A stretch of 63,916 bases of DNA from an uncultured Elusimicrobia bacterium (GTDB taxonomy: Bacteria; RUG730): NCBI GenBank assembly GCA_900321865.1, contig ONXP01000003.1, forward strand, positions 1-63,916. The letters are read 5' to 3'. A program made the translations under genes and the position numbers. Below, piece by piece: positions 1-9,653 of this stretch. The notes below the pieces were generated by a model, which worked only from the letters and a program-made list of their open reading frames with translations, was not told the origin of the DNA and made no database searches. Each line of letters begins with the position of its first letter. Position 1 is the first letter of the stretch.

Positions 1-1176
1 ATACTTACATTTATTTTTAATCTCATTTTTTTCTGCATATGTATCAATAGCATCTAAAAAATCTGGGCTATGTGTATTAATTAAAATCATTAAATTAAAT
101 TCTTTTTGAAGTTCAATTAAAATTTCAGCAAAAAGCAGTTGCCACTTTGGATGCATGTGAATTTCTGGCTCATCTAATATTAAAATATCTCTATCTAAAA
201 CATATCCATTTTCTAAAACCATTTTTAAAAATGCAAAAGATTTCATTCCAGTAGACAATTCTTTAATATTTATCGGTTTACTGACTTTTTTATGTTTAAT
301 AAATATATCATTATTTGGATTTTCTGGAAAAATAATATCGGTGAGATTCGTTTTATTAATTAGATGCATTATTTTTTCTAACCTTTCTTTAATGGGGAGA
401 GCTTCACTAATTTTATTTTTATTAAAAAAAATATTTTGACTCATAGCTTCATGATTAACAAAATTTCTTGCATCCATTATTGGTATTATAGGAAAGTAAG
501 AAGAATCTAAATAATATGCTTCATTTATAATTCCTGTATTTTGTTCTAAATTAATAACTTTATTATTTTTAATTTCTACATTTATACTTTTATCTTTTAT
601 AAATAAAGATACTTTCCCTATTTCATCTTCTTTATTTAAGTTGTTTATTTGATTACTAAATTCATTATTAAATAAATTCTCTAAAAATGTTTTTTCTACC
701 TTTTCTTTAGTTCTAAGATTTTCCGTAAAATTTTTTAAAACATCATTTATAAAATTTTCTTTATCTTCTTTCTCTTTATCTTTTAAATCTAATTCTATTT
801 CTATAGTTTTAGATATATTTTCAAAAGTAGCCTTATTTTCTAAAATTAAATTTACAATTTTTTTTGCCAATATTCTCATTTTATTCCTTGTTTCCTTATC
901 CATTTTGAAATTATGAATTGCTAATTCAAGTTTTGTATCAAATTTATGGAATAAAAAAGAATATCTATTTATATTTAACATTAAAACATTAAATATTATT
1001 CTTTCTAAATTATAAGATATTTTTATTTCTTTTTTGTTAAAAAAAGTAACCATAGAATACAAACATTTTCCAATAGTAGATTTTCCTGTGTCATTTTCCC
1101 CGCAGATTACAGTAATGCCATTAAACTCTACATCTGCCTTTTCTATCATTCCAATATTTTCAATATGTATTTTCAT
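1..1176 (-). CDS. AAA_21/ABC-type ATPase (abortive-infection/OLD-like ATPase class); C-terminus continues beyond window start
   Basis: ATG at 1176 (rc). Translation MKIHIENIGMIEKADVEFNGITVICGENDTGKST gives a Walker A. Later motifs are ...LSTGMKSFAFL (ABC signature-like), ILILDEPEIHMHP (Walker B/D-loop) and LINTHSPDFL (H-loop). The frame is open to position 1. It is absent from the ORF track because it is truncated by the window edge. Confidence 0.6.
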   Translation of the reverse strand, partial: MKIHIENIGMIEKADVEFNGITVICGENDTGKSTIGKCLYSMVTFFNKKEIKISYNLERIIFNVLMLNINRYSFLFHKFDTKLELAIHNFKMDKETRNKMRILAKKIVNLILENKATFENISKTIEIELDLKDKEKEDKENFINDVLKNFTENLRTKEKVEKTFLENLFNNEFSNQINNLNKEDEIGKVSLFIKDKSINVEIKNNKVINLEQNTGIINEAYYLDSSYFPIIPIMDARNFVNHEAMSQNIFFNKNKISEALPIKERLEKIMHLINKTNLTDIIFPENPNNDIFIKHKKVSKPINIKELSTGMKSFAFLKMVLENGYVLDRDILILDEPEIHMHPKWQLLFAEILIELQKEFNLMILINTHSPDFLDAIDTYAEKNEIKNKCKY

Positions 1177-1605
1177 AATAATATCCTATAGATAAATTTT
1201 ATGTAAAATATACTTTATTTTTATATTTAAATCTTTAATTTTATGTAATTTTTTAGGAAATTGTTTATTTTTTTAAGTTAAAATATAGAATATTCAAAAT
1301 TTTAATAAATTTATTAATAATTTTTATTAAAACCTTTTCTAAATTTTCTAAATAACACAATAAAGCCAGGTTTTTTATTTTTATTAAAAAAATATAGGAA
1401 AAGGCAATCTTATAAAATTAAAGAATTAATAAAAAATAATAAACTAATCATAAAAACCTTAAAATAAATCTATAAAATTAAATTTATAAAATTTTTTAGT
1501 TAAATCCTAAAATATTAATAAAAAAGTTTAATAATTAAATTTAAAGATGAAAAATTGATATCTTTTAAATTAATTTTTTTATTATCAATATTTTATATAT
1601 TATTT

Positions 1606-1791
1606 TTATTCATTTTCTTTTTTGTCTATTTCTTTTAATTCTTCATCTTCTTTTTTTATATTTTCTTTAGCTTTTTTATATTCATATTCAGCTCTAGCCA
1701 GAGCCTTAACTAATTCTGGGATTTTCTTGCTACCAAAAAGAATCAGTATAATTAAAAAAATTAAAATAATTTCACTTAATCCTATTGACAT
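1606..1791 (-). CDS. tatA: Sec-independent (twin-arginine) translocase subunit TatA/E
   Basis: The 61-aa product has an N-terminal TM helix and the FGSKKIPELVKALARAEYEYKKA amphipathic-hinge motif typical of TatA. Confidence 0.7.
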   Translation of the reverse strand: MSIGLSEIILIFLIILILFGSKKIPELVKALARAEYEYKKAKENIKKEDEELKEIDKKENE

Positions 1792-1849
1792 AAAAATTTT
1801 TTCCTTTTTAATCCTTAAAATTTTAAAAAATTAATTTTAATCTAATATT

Positions 1850-3333
1850 CTAATCTAAAAATATTTGTTTATAAATAGGAATAATTTCTATAGCTTTCAT
1901 CTTGCAGTTTTTAGCACATTTAGAGCAGCCTATGCATTTATTAGTATCTATTTTTGCTAAAGCACCTGGAACCCATTCTATAGCATCCTTAGGGCAAACT
2001 CCAGAACATACTCCGCATCCTATGCAGTGTCCTGTGATAACAGCAGCAGCTATTTTTAAATTTTGTTTTTCTTCTAGCGACAAAGTTTTTATAGCACCAG
2101 TAGGACAAACAAGGGAGCAATTATTACAATCATATTCGCAAAATCCTTTTCCAATATAATAATCTATGTGAACTCTATTAAAATCACTATTCGCCTTTGA
2201 TAAAATCTTGTTTTTACAATTATTTATACATAAATAACAATTTAAACATCTCGTTTTCATTCTATTTTTACTAATAGCTCCTGGCGGAAGAATAATATTT
2301 TTATTATTCTTTTGTGAATCTTTAATTTTTAAAAAATTTGAAGAATTTGAATTTGAATTTGAAAACCTTGAAAAAAATTTAAAATTAAAAAAATCTAATT
2401 TTTTAGTTAAAAAATAAATACTTCCAAAAGTGCTTATAATTCCTAAATTTTTTAAAAAGTTTCTTCTATTTTTATCAAAATAAAATTCTTTTTTTTCTTC
2501 TATTTTTTTAAATTTTATAGCATCATTTTTACATACAGTTAAACATTTTAGGCATTTTATGCAATTTTCATTATTTATTTTTATTTTACTATTTTTTTCC
2601 TCTATACATTTCGTTTGACAAGAATTAATACACATTTTACAAGAAATACATTTTTTATTATTTATTTGTATTTTATAAATTGAAAGTTTTGAAATTATTC
2701 CGAGTATTGTGCCAACAGGACAAAGTTTAGTGCAAAAAAATCTATTTTTAAATAAAGCTAAATTAAGTATTATAAATATGCTAATTATGCTAAAAAATCT
2801 AAAATTTATGCTGGATGAAAAAATAGTATAAGGATCGAGGAAACTAATTAGTTTTGAAGAAAAAAAATCGTAAACAAAAATATAAAAGCTAATAAATATT
2901 TTAAGTAATTTATAAAATTTAACCCTTCAAAATTAAAACTTTCAAAATTTTGTGATTTTTTTTCATTTTCTAAAAAGTTTTGATTGCTATTAAAATTCGG
3001 ATTTTTTTCATTTTTAAAATTTGTAGAAAGATTTATATTTTTTTGAGAAAAGTTAAATTTATTTTTTGTAAAAACTAAAAAAATTTCTTGCAATATTCCC
3101 ATAGGACAGATGATAGAGCAATAAATTCTGCCAAAAAAAAGAGTTATAATAAAAATCAAAATAAATAAAAAAAGTGAAAAAAACGAAAAATTAATAATTA
3201 TCTTTTCTAAAAGAGGAGTAAACTCTAAATTAAATATTTTAATTGGATAAAATAATCCTAAAATTCCTAATATATAAAAAATTTCTATTAATAGAACAAA
3301 AAGTAGTCTAATTTTATAAAGTTTTTGCATCAT
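1850..3333 (-). pseudogene. NapH/MauN/FixG-family membrane polyferredoxin, disrupted by a frameshift in a homopolymeric tract (or sequencing error)
   Basis: ORF 2848..3333 encodes TM helices plus CSIICPMG (CxxxCP). The frame of ORF 1850..2635 is actually open upstream to 2926 with no Met. It encodes a second CxxxCP (FCTKLCPVG) followed by six CxxCxxCxxxC(P) ferredoxin motifs. The first cluster, CISCKMCINSC, starts upstream of the ORF-track Met at 2635. The two frames overlap at 2848-2926 around an A8 run at 2860-2867. Confidence 0.5.
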
Positions 3334-3566
3334 TATAATAGTTTTAAATTATTTTTACTTATCTTTTTTCTAATTCATAATTAAATTTAAATTTAACTAT
3401 GAATTTTATTATTTTTTTTTAAATTACATGTTTTATTTTTCATTTAAAATTTTTATTGCTTCTTTATCTAGTCTTTTACTTTCATTTTTTAATTCAAAAC
3501 TTTTTTTGACAATTTTTGTAGTTTTATCAATTATATCTTTTTCTAATATAGGAATTTCAAAATTTT

Positions 3567-4085
3567 CTAATCTATTTTCTCTAAGATGTGGAATAGTAGC
3601 AGAGTAGCAGTATTTCTAATTGCTTGGAAATAACCAGTCCATTTATTGCCTAATAAAGCAAACAGATATTCAGGAGTTATATATATTTTTTCTTTTTTTA
3701 TTTTTTCTTCATTTAATCTAATTATTTCAATACCAGAAGAAATTATAATTTTATCATTTTCTGTAACCATAGCAGTAATTCCAATTTTTCCATCTTTTGT
3801 AAATAAAATATCACTAGGCTTTAAATTTTGATTTAATTTTTTATAAATACTTTCTGGAGCAAATTTATCTGGAATTTGATTAACCTCAAAATTAACTAAG
3901 TCTTCCGTTCGTATAAAAGGAATATCTGTTTCAGTTTTATCAAAAAAATCTATATAATTCTCACTTCCAACCTCGTCTCCATTTCTTAAATCTACTATTT
4001 TATTTAATTTTATAAATTTAATTTTTTTATTCTTCATTTTATCTATTTTTGATTTATAAAATGGAGAAAAATGTTTTGGGATCAA
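3567..4085 (-). CDS. Possible restriction specificity (HsdS-like) single target-recognition-domain fragment
   Basis: The 172-aa product has a TRD-like pattern: IKLNKIVDLRNGD...DIPFIRTEDL...SDILFTKDGKIG...ISSGIEIIRL. It lacks the conserved HsdS central and C-terminal repeats. It sits in a decayed R-M context. Confidence 0.3.
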   Translation of the reverse strand: MIPKHFSPFYKSKIDKMKNKKIKFIKLNKIVDLRNGDEVGSENYIDFFDKTETDIPFIRTEDLVNFEVNQIPDKFAPESIYKKLNQNLKPSDILFTKDGKIGITAMVTENDKIIISSGIEIIRLNEEKIKKEKIYITPEYLFALLGNKWTGYFQAIRNTATLLLFHILEKID

Positions 4086-4090
4086 ATAGT

Positions 4091-4810
4091 TTATTTAATA
4101 ATATTCTTGTTAATTAGTGCTTGTTGATATATTTTCATTAATTTATAATAATGGCAGCTTTTTTTAATATGAGCTGCAGGATGATTATAACCTATAAACA
4201 ACCTATTTTTTTTACCTATGCAACTACTGTAGTAGAATCCACTATCATTGGGTTTTTTATTTGTTATTGAATTATTACAAATATCATCAATATATAATTT
4301 ATTCGTACAAGAAATAATAACGCCAGGGTCGATTAATTCAATTTCTTTTATTATTTCATATTTATCTTCTGTGACATAAGATTTAATACTTTTATTGTTG
4401 CTTTGTGGTTTACCATTACTCTTTTTTAAATTCATGACTGCAATTTTCTTTAAGATTGAATAATCATTATAATTAGCATCATAAGGGAGAATGTAGTTAT
4501 TTGTTGTTCCTCGTAAACCTCTAACCCATTTAATGATTACTTTCCAAGTTTGATCTTGTTTATAACCTTTAGGGTCTTTAGGGTCTTTAGGGTCTTCTTC
4601 ATTCAACCAATCATTTAAATACCAGTCATTTTCATCATTTTTTCCATATGCTTCTTTTAGCACAAATAAAAATTTTTTATCAAATGTATTTTTTTGCCAA
4701 ATATCTTCATTTACAATCCCATCTTTAATAAAAGGTTTACATCTCGAATGTAATTCTTTTTGTCTCCATTTACTAAATAAAATATCTAATTGTTTTCTAA
4801 TATCACTCAT
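4091..4810 (-). CDS. Hypothetical protein (orphan) with DPKDPKDPK repeat
   Basis: The 239-aa ORF has no motif I recognise. It contains an in-frame 9-bp x3 tandem repeat. It is embedded between R-M gene remnants. Confidence 0.45.
   Translation of the reverse strand: MSDIRKQLDILFSKWRQKELHSRCKPFIKDGIVNEDIWQKNTFDKKFLFVLKEAYGKNDENDWYLNDWLNEEDPKDPKDPKGYKQDQTWKVIIKWVRGLRGTTNNYILPYDANYNDYSILKKIAVMNLKKSNGKPQSNNKSIKSYVTEDKYEIIKEIELIDPGVIISCTNKLYIDDICNNSITNKKPNDSGFYYSSCIGKKNRLFIGYNHPAAHIKKSCHYYKLMKIYQQALINKNIIK
4571..4597. repeat. Perfect/near-perfect 9-bp tandem repeat x3 (agggtcttt agggtcttt agggtcttc) encoding DPKDPKDPK on the minus strand
   Basis: Read directly from the sequence at lines 4561-4600. 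Confidence 0.9.
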
Positions 4811-4952
4811 ATTTAATCACCACTCCTTTTTATCTAAAATCTCAAAAGACCTTTATTTATGCCAACTTTTTCAAGCAGTCCCTATTTCCCCTTTGTATCA
4901 ATCTCGTAGTATAAATATCAAGAATTAAATCTTTTTTTGTAGGACTTAACAT

Positions 4953-5877
4953 TTAAACTAATGATTTTATAACATTTCTTGGAGTAAAAAATTGTCCCTG
5001 TTCTCCCTTTAAAGCATGTCCTATAAAAGTTTCGAAAGCATCTGCTATAACATCCCTTTCTGTTTCCATTAAATAATAGTTTTGCAGTTCACCAACAACA
5101 TAATTTATAGAATTATCGTCTAAATTTATATTTTCATTTTCTTCAAATAGATCATCATAATTATTTTTTACTTTAACAAAAATATTTTTTATTCTTGTTG
5201 CAACTTGATTAGGAAGTTCATCTATTCCAATTCTAAATTCAAGAATATCATCCATTCTTGTATTTTTTTCATCATATATTTTACAAAAAATTAAATTTAT
5301 TAATTCTTTTGCTAATACTTCATCTCTCGTTACCCCTTTTGTATTTCCTGCTAAATGATTTCTAATTGTTTTAAAAATTGTTTTTAAATTATATGTAATT
5401 TTTAAATCTTTTTTTCTAAATTTTCCAATATCCTCCAACCTTTGCTGATACTTTGGAATATTTGGAATTTCTTCAAATAATATTTCACCATTTTTTTCAT
5501 ATTTTCTTATGAATAATCTTTCCTCACCATTAAACCAAACCCCTAATTTTGCTTTTGATAATCTTAGATAATCTTTTAGCTCGTCTTTACCATCATTTCT
5601 ATTTTTCTTTTTACATTCAACAATAATATACAAATTATCATTATTTTTGTTCTCGCTACTAAAAACTGCTATATCTACTGGATATTCTTTTTTTGTATCA
5701 CTTGACCTTGCTTTTACTCTAAATTGTGGATGAGTTTGAATTAAATTCTTTGGATATTCATAATCTTCTACTAATTGTTTAGAAAATACTTGAACTGCCT
5801 CTATATTCTTCTGGAAGAGCTTTAACTTTTATATTTGATATGTAATCTATGATGAAATTATCTTCATTCTTTTTCAT
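4953..5877 (-). pseudogene. Remnant of an R-M enzyme N-terminus (PD-ExK nuclease-like HSDR_N module plus N6-adenine MTase motif X), truncated before the MTase catalytic core and frameshifted near 5800
   Basis: The ATG at 5877 frame gives MKKNEDNFIIDYISNIKVKALPEEYRGSSSIF*. The adjacent +1 frame is open from 5828 and gives ...YPVDIAVFSSENKNNDNLYIIVECKKK (D...ExK), then ...DVIADAFETFIGHALKGEQGQFFTPRNVIKSLV* (HsdM/MmeI-type motif X). A stop follows immediately. No FxGxG or NPPY motifs follow downstream. Confidence 0.5.
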
Positions 5878-6269
5878 TAGAATTCCTTTATTCCCTTTAA
5901 AATATTTCTTTTTATTGCATAACAAAAATAATTTTTTTTAAAAATCTTTTTTAAAAAATAAATATTGCTAGTTTTCAGTTTTATTATTTCTATTACATAT
6001 ATATAAAAATTTAACTAAAAAATAAATTTAATTAAAAGTTTTATAGTTATAGTTATAAATTTTCTTTTTTTATTTTTTCTGAAAAAGTGTATTTTAACAA
6101 AAACATAAAGGGAACAAATTCATTTATTATGAAGTTTGGTTTAAAATAAAAAAATATTTTTAATATAATGATATATTTTAAACATTTTTATTTTTTTCTT
6201 TATGATTAATAACATATTTTTATAATATTGTTTCATAAATTCAATTTTTGGATTCATAGAGGTTAAATT

Positions 6270-7322
6270 ATGGGAAAAATATATAATATTACTCTCATTC
6301 CAGGAGATGGAATAGGACCAGAAATATCAGATGCAATGAAATTAGTTTTAAAATCTACTGGGTTAAAGATTAATTGGGAAGAAGTAGAAGCAGGAGAATG
6401 TGCAATTAAAAAATATCAAACCCCGCTTCCTGATGAAGTTATTAAATCTATAAAAAAGAATAAAGTAGCTATAAAAGGCCCAACATCTACGCCTATAGGA
6501 ACAGGATTTAGAAGCATTAATGTAGCACTTAGGAAAGAATTAGATCTTTATGTATGTCTTAGACCTTGTAAAAGTATGGTAGGAGTAAAAAGTAAATTTT
6601 CTAATATAGATTTGGTTGTAGTAAGGGAAAATACAGAAGACTTATATATGGGAGTTGAATTTTTTCCTAATAGTAACGAAGCTAATGAAATAATAAAAAT
6701 GTCTAATAATAAAATTTTACCTAATTCTGCCATAAGTATAAAAGCTATTTCTAGGGAAAATACAGAAAGAATAATAAAATTTGCATTTGATTATGCCTTA
6801 AAAAATAATAGGAAAAAAGTTACGGCTGTAACAAAAGCAAATATTATGAAGGCAACAGATGGTTTGTTTTTAGAAGTAGCTAGAGAAGTATCAAAATCTT
6901 ATTCTAATATTGAATATGAAGAAAAACTTATTGATAATATGTGTATGCAATTAGTTCAAAAGCCGGAAATCTATGATGTTCTGGTTTTACCTAATTTGTA
7001 TGGAGATATTTTATCTGATTTGTGTGCAGGTTTAATTGGTGGCCTAGGTGTAGCTCCTGGTGCTAATATAGGAAAAGATATAGCAGTTTTTGAGCCAACT
7101 CACGGCAGTGCTCCAAAATATAAAGGTTTAAACAAAATTAATCCAACAGCAATGATTTTATCTAGCACGATGATGCTTGATTATTTAGGGGAAAAAGAAA
7201 TTAGCACAAGGATAAAAAATGCTGTTAAAAAGGTTATAAAAGAAGGAAAAGTTTTAACATACGATTTAGGTGGGACAGCTAAGACTATGGAAATGGCAGA
7301 AGAAATAGCTAAAAATTTATAA
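6270..7322 (+). CDS. icd: Isocitrate dehydrogenase (isocitrate/isopropylmalate dehydrogenase family; motif pattern favours NAD(P)-IDH)
   Basis: LIPGDGIGPEI near the N-terminus; NLYGDILSDLCAGLIGGLGVAPGANIG; HGSAPKYKGLNKINPTAMILS. RBS gaggt lies upstream. No leu genes are nearby. Confidence 0.7.
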   Translation: MGKIYNITLIPGDGIGPEISDAMKLVLKSTGLKINWEEVEAGECAIKKYQTPLPDEVIKSIKKNKVAIKGPTSTPIGTGFRSINVALRKELDLYVCLRPCKSMVGVKSKFSNIDLVVVRENTEDLYMGVEFFPNSNEANEIIKMSNNKILPNSAISIKAISRENTERIIKFAFDYALKNNRKKVTAVTKANIMKATDGLFLEVAREVSKSYSNIEYEEKLIDNMCMQLVQKPEIYDVLVLPNLYGDILSDLCAGLIGGLGVAPGANIGKDIAVFEPTHGSAPKYKGLNKINPTAMILSSTMMLDYLGEKEISTRIKNAVKKVIKEGKVLTYDLGGTAKTMEMAEEIAKNL

Positions 7323-7470
7323 TTCTTTATAAATAGAAAGTAGTTATTGGATTAATAGAATTAATTTTTTAATAAAAAGTTAAATTTATTTTCATTTATA
7401 TAAAGTTTTAAATTGTAATAATTTTTGATTTTTTATATTATAAAACGAATGTTTTTTAAGTGAGGGAAAA

Positions 7471-8670
7471 ATGAATAAAAAAAATGTCAAAGATATTGAC
7501 TTAAAAAATAAAAAAGTTCTAGTTAGAGTAGATTTTAATGTTCCGTTAGATGAAAATCTAAATATTACCAGCGATAAAAGAATAATTGCAGCTGTTCCTA
7601 CTATAGAATATCTTTTGGAGCAAAATGCAGCTATTATTTTGATGTCTCATTTAGGTAGGCCAAAGGGTGAATTTGTTGAAAAAATGAGTTTAAAGCCTGT
7701 CGCTAAAAGATTGCAAGAAATTTTTAAGGATAGAAAAATAATTATGGCTGACGATTGTATAGGTGAAAAAGTAGAATCTTTAGCAAAAAATCTAAAATCT
7801 GGGGAAATTTTATTACTTGAAAATTTGAGATTTTACAAAGAAGAAGAAAAAAATGATCCTTTTTTTGCTAAAAAATTAGCAAGTCTTGGAGAAATTTTTG
7901 TAGAGGATGCTTTTGGAGCTGTTCACAGAGCTCATGCTTCTACTGAAGGAATAACTAAATATTTACCTAGCATAGCCGGACTTTTGGTTGAAAAAGAATT
8001 AGAATATTTAGGCAATTCTGTAAATAATCCTAAAAGACCTTTTTTAGCTATTTTAGGTGGTGCAAAAGTTTCTGATAAAATAAATGTCATAGAAAATTTG
8101 TTAAAAAAAGTAGATTCTTTAATAATTGGCGGGGCTATGGCATATACTTTTTTGAAGGCAGAAGGGAAAAATATTGGAGCTTCTAGAGTAGAAGAGGATA
8201 AAATAGATTTGGCGAAGGATTTATTGAAAAAGGCTAAAGACAAGGGTATAAAAATTTTACTTCCCTTAGACCATGTATGTGCGAAAGAATTCAAAGAAGA
8301 TGCAGAAAGTTTTATAACTGATGATTGTAATATTACTGATTCTAGTTTAATGGCTTTAGATATTGGACCAAAAACTATAGAAATGTATAGAAATGAAATT
8401 TTGAAATCAAAGACTATTGTGAATAATGGACCTATGGGAGTTTTTGAGTTTAAAAAGTTTGCTACAGGAACAATAGAAGTTTCAAAGGCTCTTGCAGAAG
8501 CTACGAGACTAGGAGCTATAACAGTTGTAGGTGGTGGAGATTCTGCTTCTGCTGTAAAAAAAGCCGGTGTGGACAAGTTAGTTTCTCATGTTTCAACTGG
8601 TGGGGGAGCATCTTTAGAATTTTTAGAAGGGAAAGCGCTTCCTGGAGTAGTTAGTTTATTAGATAAATAA
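7471..8670 (+). CDS. pgk: Phosphoglycerate kinase
   Basis: 399 aa. Motifs include RVDFNVP, MSHLGRPKG, GGGASLE and FLEGKALPGV. Confidence 0.95.
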   Translation: MNKKNVKDIDLKNKKVLVRVDFNVPLDENLNITSDKRIIAAVPTIEYLLEQNAAIILMSHLGRPKGEFVEKMSLKPVAKRLQEIFKDRKIIMADDCIGEKVESLAKNLKSGEILLLENLRFYKEEEKNDPFFAKKLASLGEIFVEDAFGAVHRAHASTEGITKYLPSIAGLLVEKELEYLGNSVNNPKRPFLAILGGAKVSDKINVIENLLKKVDSLIIGGAMAYTFLKAEGKNIGASRVEEDKIDLAKDLLKKAKDKGIKILLPLDHVCAKEFKEDAESFITDDCNITDSSLMALDIGPKTIEMYRNEILKSKTIVNNGPMGVFEFKKFATGTIEVSKALAEATRLGAITVVGGGDSASAVKKAGVDKLVSHVSTGGGASLEFLEGKALPGVVSLLDK

Positions 8671-8754
8671 AATAATTCAAAATCAAAAGATAAAAATCTT
8701 TTTGGGATAGAGAAGCTTAGGCTTTATCCTTAAACAAATTTAGGAGGACTTAAA

Positions 8755-9636
8755 GTGTCTAATATTAGTATGAAAAATTTGTTGGAAGCAGGTGTTCATT
8801 TTGGGCATCAAAAAAAGAAATGGAACCCTAAAATGGCTCCTTTTATATTTGGTGTTAGAAATAACATTCATATAATCGATTTGCAAAAAACGGTAAAATA
8901 TCTAAAAATTGCATATGAATATGTTAGAGATGAGGTTTCTAAGGGTAAAAATATACTTTTTGTAGGGACGAAAAGGCAAGCACAAATGCCTATTTTGGAA
9001 GAAGCAAAAAGATGTGGAATGTTTTATGTAAATAATAGATGGCTTGGCGGACTTTTAACAAACTTTGACACTGTTAGCCAAAGCATAAAAAAATTAAAAG
9101 GGATAGAAGATTTAAAAAATAGTCCAGAGTTTTCTCAATTTACTAAAAAAGAAGTAGCTAGATTGAATAAAACTTATGAAAAATTAAACAAAAATTTAGC
9201 TGGAATAAAAGATATGCCAGGTCTTCCTGATATGCTTTTTATTATAGATATTGAGCAAGAAAAAACAGCATTAAATGAAGCTAAAAAATTAGGTATTCCA
9301 GTTGTTGCAGTCGTTGATACTAATTGTGATCCTAGCGATATAGATGTTATTATCCCTGGGAATGATGATGCTATTAGAGCGGTAAAATTGTTTGCTTCTG
9401 TTATTTCCAATGCAGTTATGGAAGGGAAAGAATTGATGTCAAAAGGAACTATGGATGATTTTGAAACTGAAAATCCTGTAAATTCTATAGAAGGCGAAAA
9501 TGTTTCACAAGAAGCACAAAATTCAGAAAATAGTAATACTGAAAAAAATGAAAGTGAAAATAATATAGAAAATTCAGAAAATGCTGTTACAAAAAATCAA
9601 GAATCTAATCCAAAAGAAGAAAAAAGTTTAGAATAA
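8755..9636 (+). CDS. rpsB: 30S ribosomal protein S2 (GTG start) with acidic N/E/S-rich C-terminal tail
   Basis: [19 protein letters not shown] is present. An AGGAGG RBS lies at 8739-8744. The gene order rpsB-tsf-pyrH-frr is conserved. Confidence 0.95.
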   Translation: MSNISMKNLLEAGVHFGHQKKKWNPKMAPFIFGVRNNIHIIDLQKTVKYLKIAYEYVRDEVSKGKNILFVGTKRQAQMPILEEAKRCGMFYVNNRWLGGLLTNFDTVSQSIKKLKGIEDLKNSPEFSQFTKKEVARLNKTYEKLNKNLAGIKDMPGLPDMLFIIDIEQEKTALNEAKKLGIPVVAVVDTNCDPSDIDVIIPGNDDAIRAVKLFASVISNAVMEGKELMSKGTMDDFETENPVNSIEGENVSQEAQNSENSNTEKNESENNIENSENAVTKNQESNPKEEKSLE

Positions 9637-9653
9637 AAAGGGGTTTTGATATT

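Noticed and set aside
1177-1605. CRISPR arrays, tRNA genes, IS elements or integrases anywhere in the window, particularly in the larger AT-rich intergenics (1177-1605, 5878-6269, 33095-33666).
   Set aside because: There are no regularly spaced direct repeats. There are no GC-rich cloverleaf-sized islands other than rnpB. No ORF has transposase or integrase motifs (DDE, R-H-R-Y).
1622-1834. 70-aa + strand ORF overlapping tatA; also 1902-2159 (+) inside the ferredoxin gene.
   Set aside because: Antisense to motif-bearing genes and compositionally driven; treated as spurious.
1850-3333. Treating 1850-2635 and 2848-3333 as two independent genes (ferredoxin plus small membrane protein).
   Set aside because: The first Fe-S motif begins upstream of the proposed Met. 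The frame stays open for ~290 nt upstream with no start codon. Both pieces carry complementary halves of the NapH-type CxxxCP/ferredoxin architecture across an A8 tract. A single frameshifted gene explains it better.
4091-4810. Calling the 239-aa orphan a HEPN toxin on the basis of R-x6-H (RLFIGYNH).
   Set aside because: It is a single short motif occurrence without supporting fold evidence; too weak to assert.
7319-7375. Possible terminator after icd (attaattct ... agaattaat plus T6).
   Set aside because: The stem is all A/T with a ~35-nt loop; stability is doubtful. Not reported as a feature.
7932-8576. 214-aa antisense ORF inside pgk. Similar antisense ORFs occur at 23059-23454 and 23498-23770 in groEL, 61357-61983 opposite holB/bioW, 54170-55754 opposite valS, and 25275-25658 and 25776-26144 opposite murD/murF.
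   Set aside because: They overlap strongly supported conserved genes on the other strand. Their translations are low-complexity S/F/I/K/L-rich strings, as expected from reading AT-rich DNA antisense. No motifs are present.
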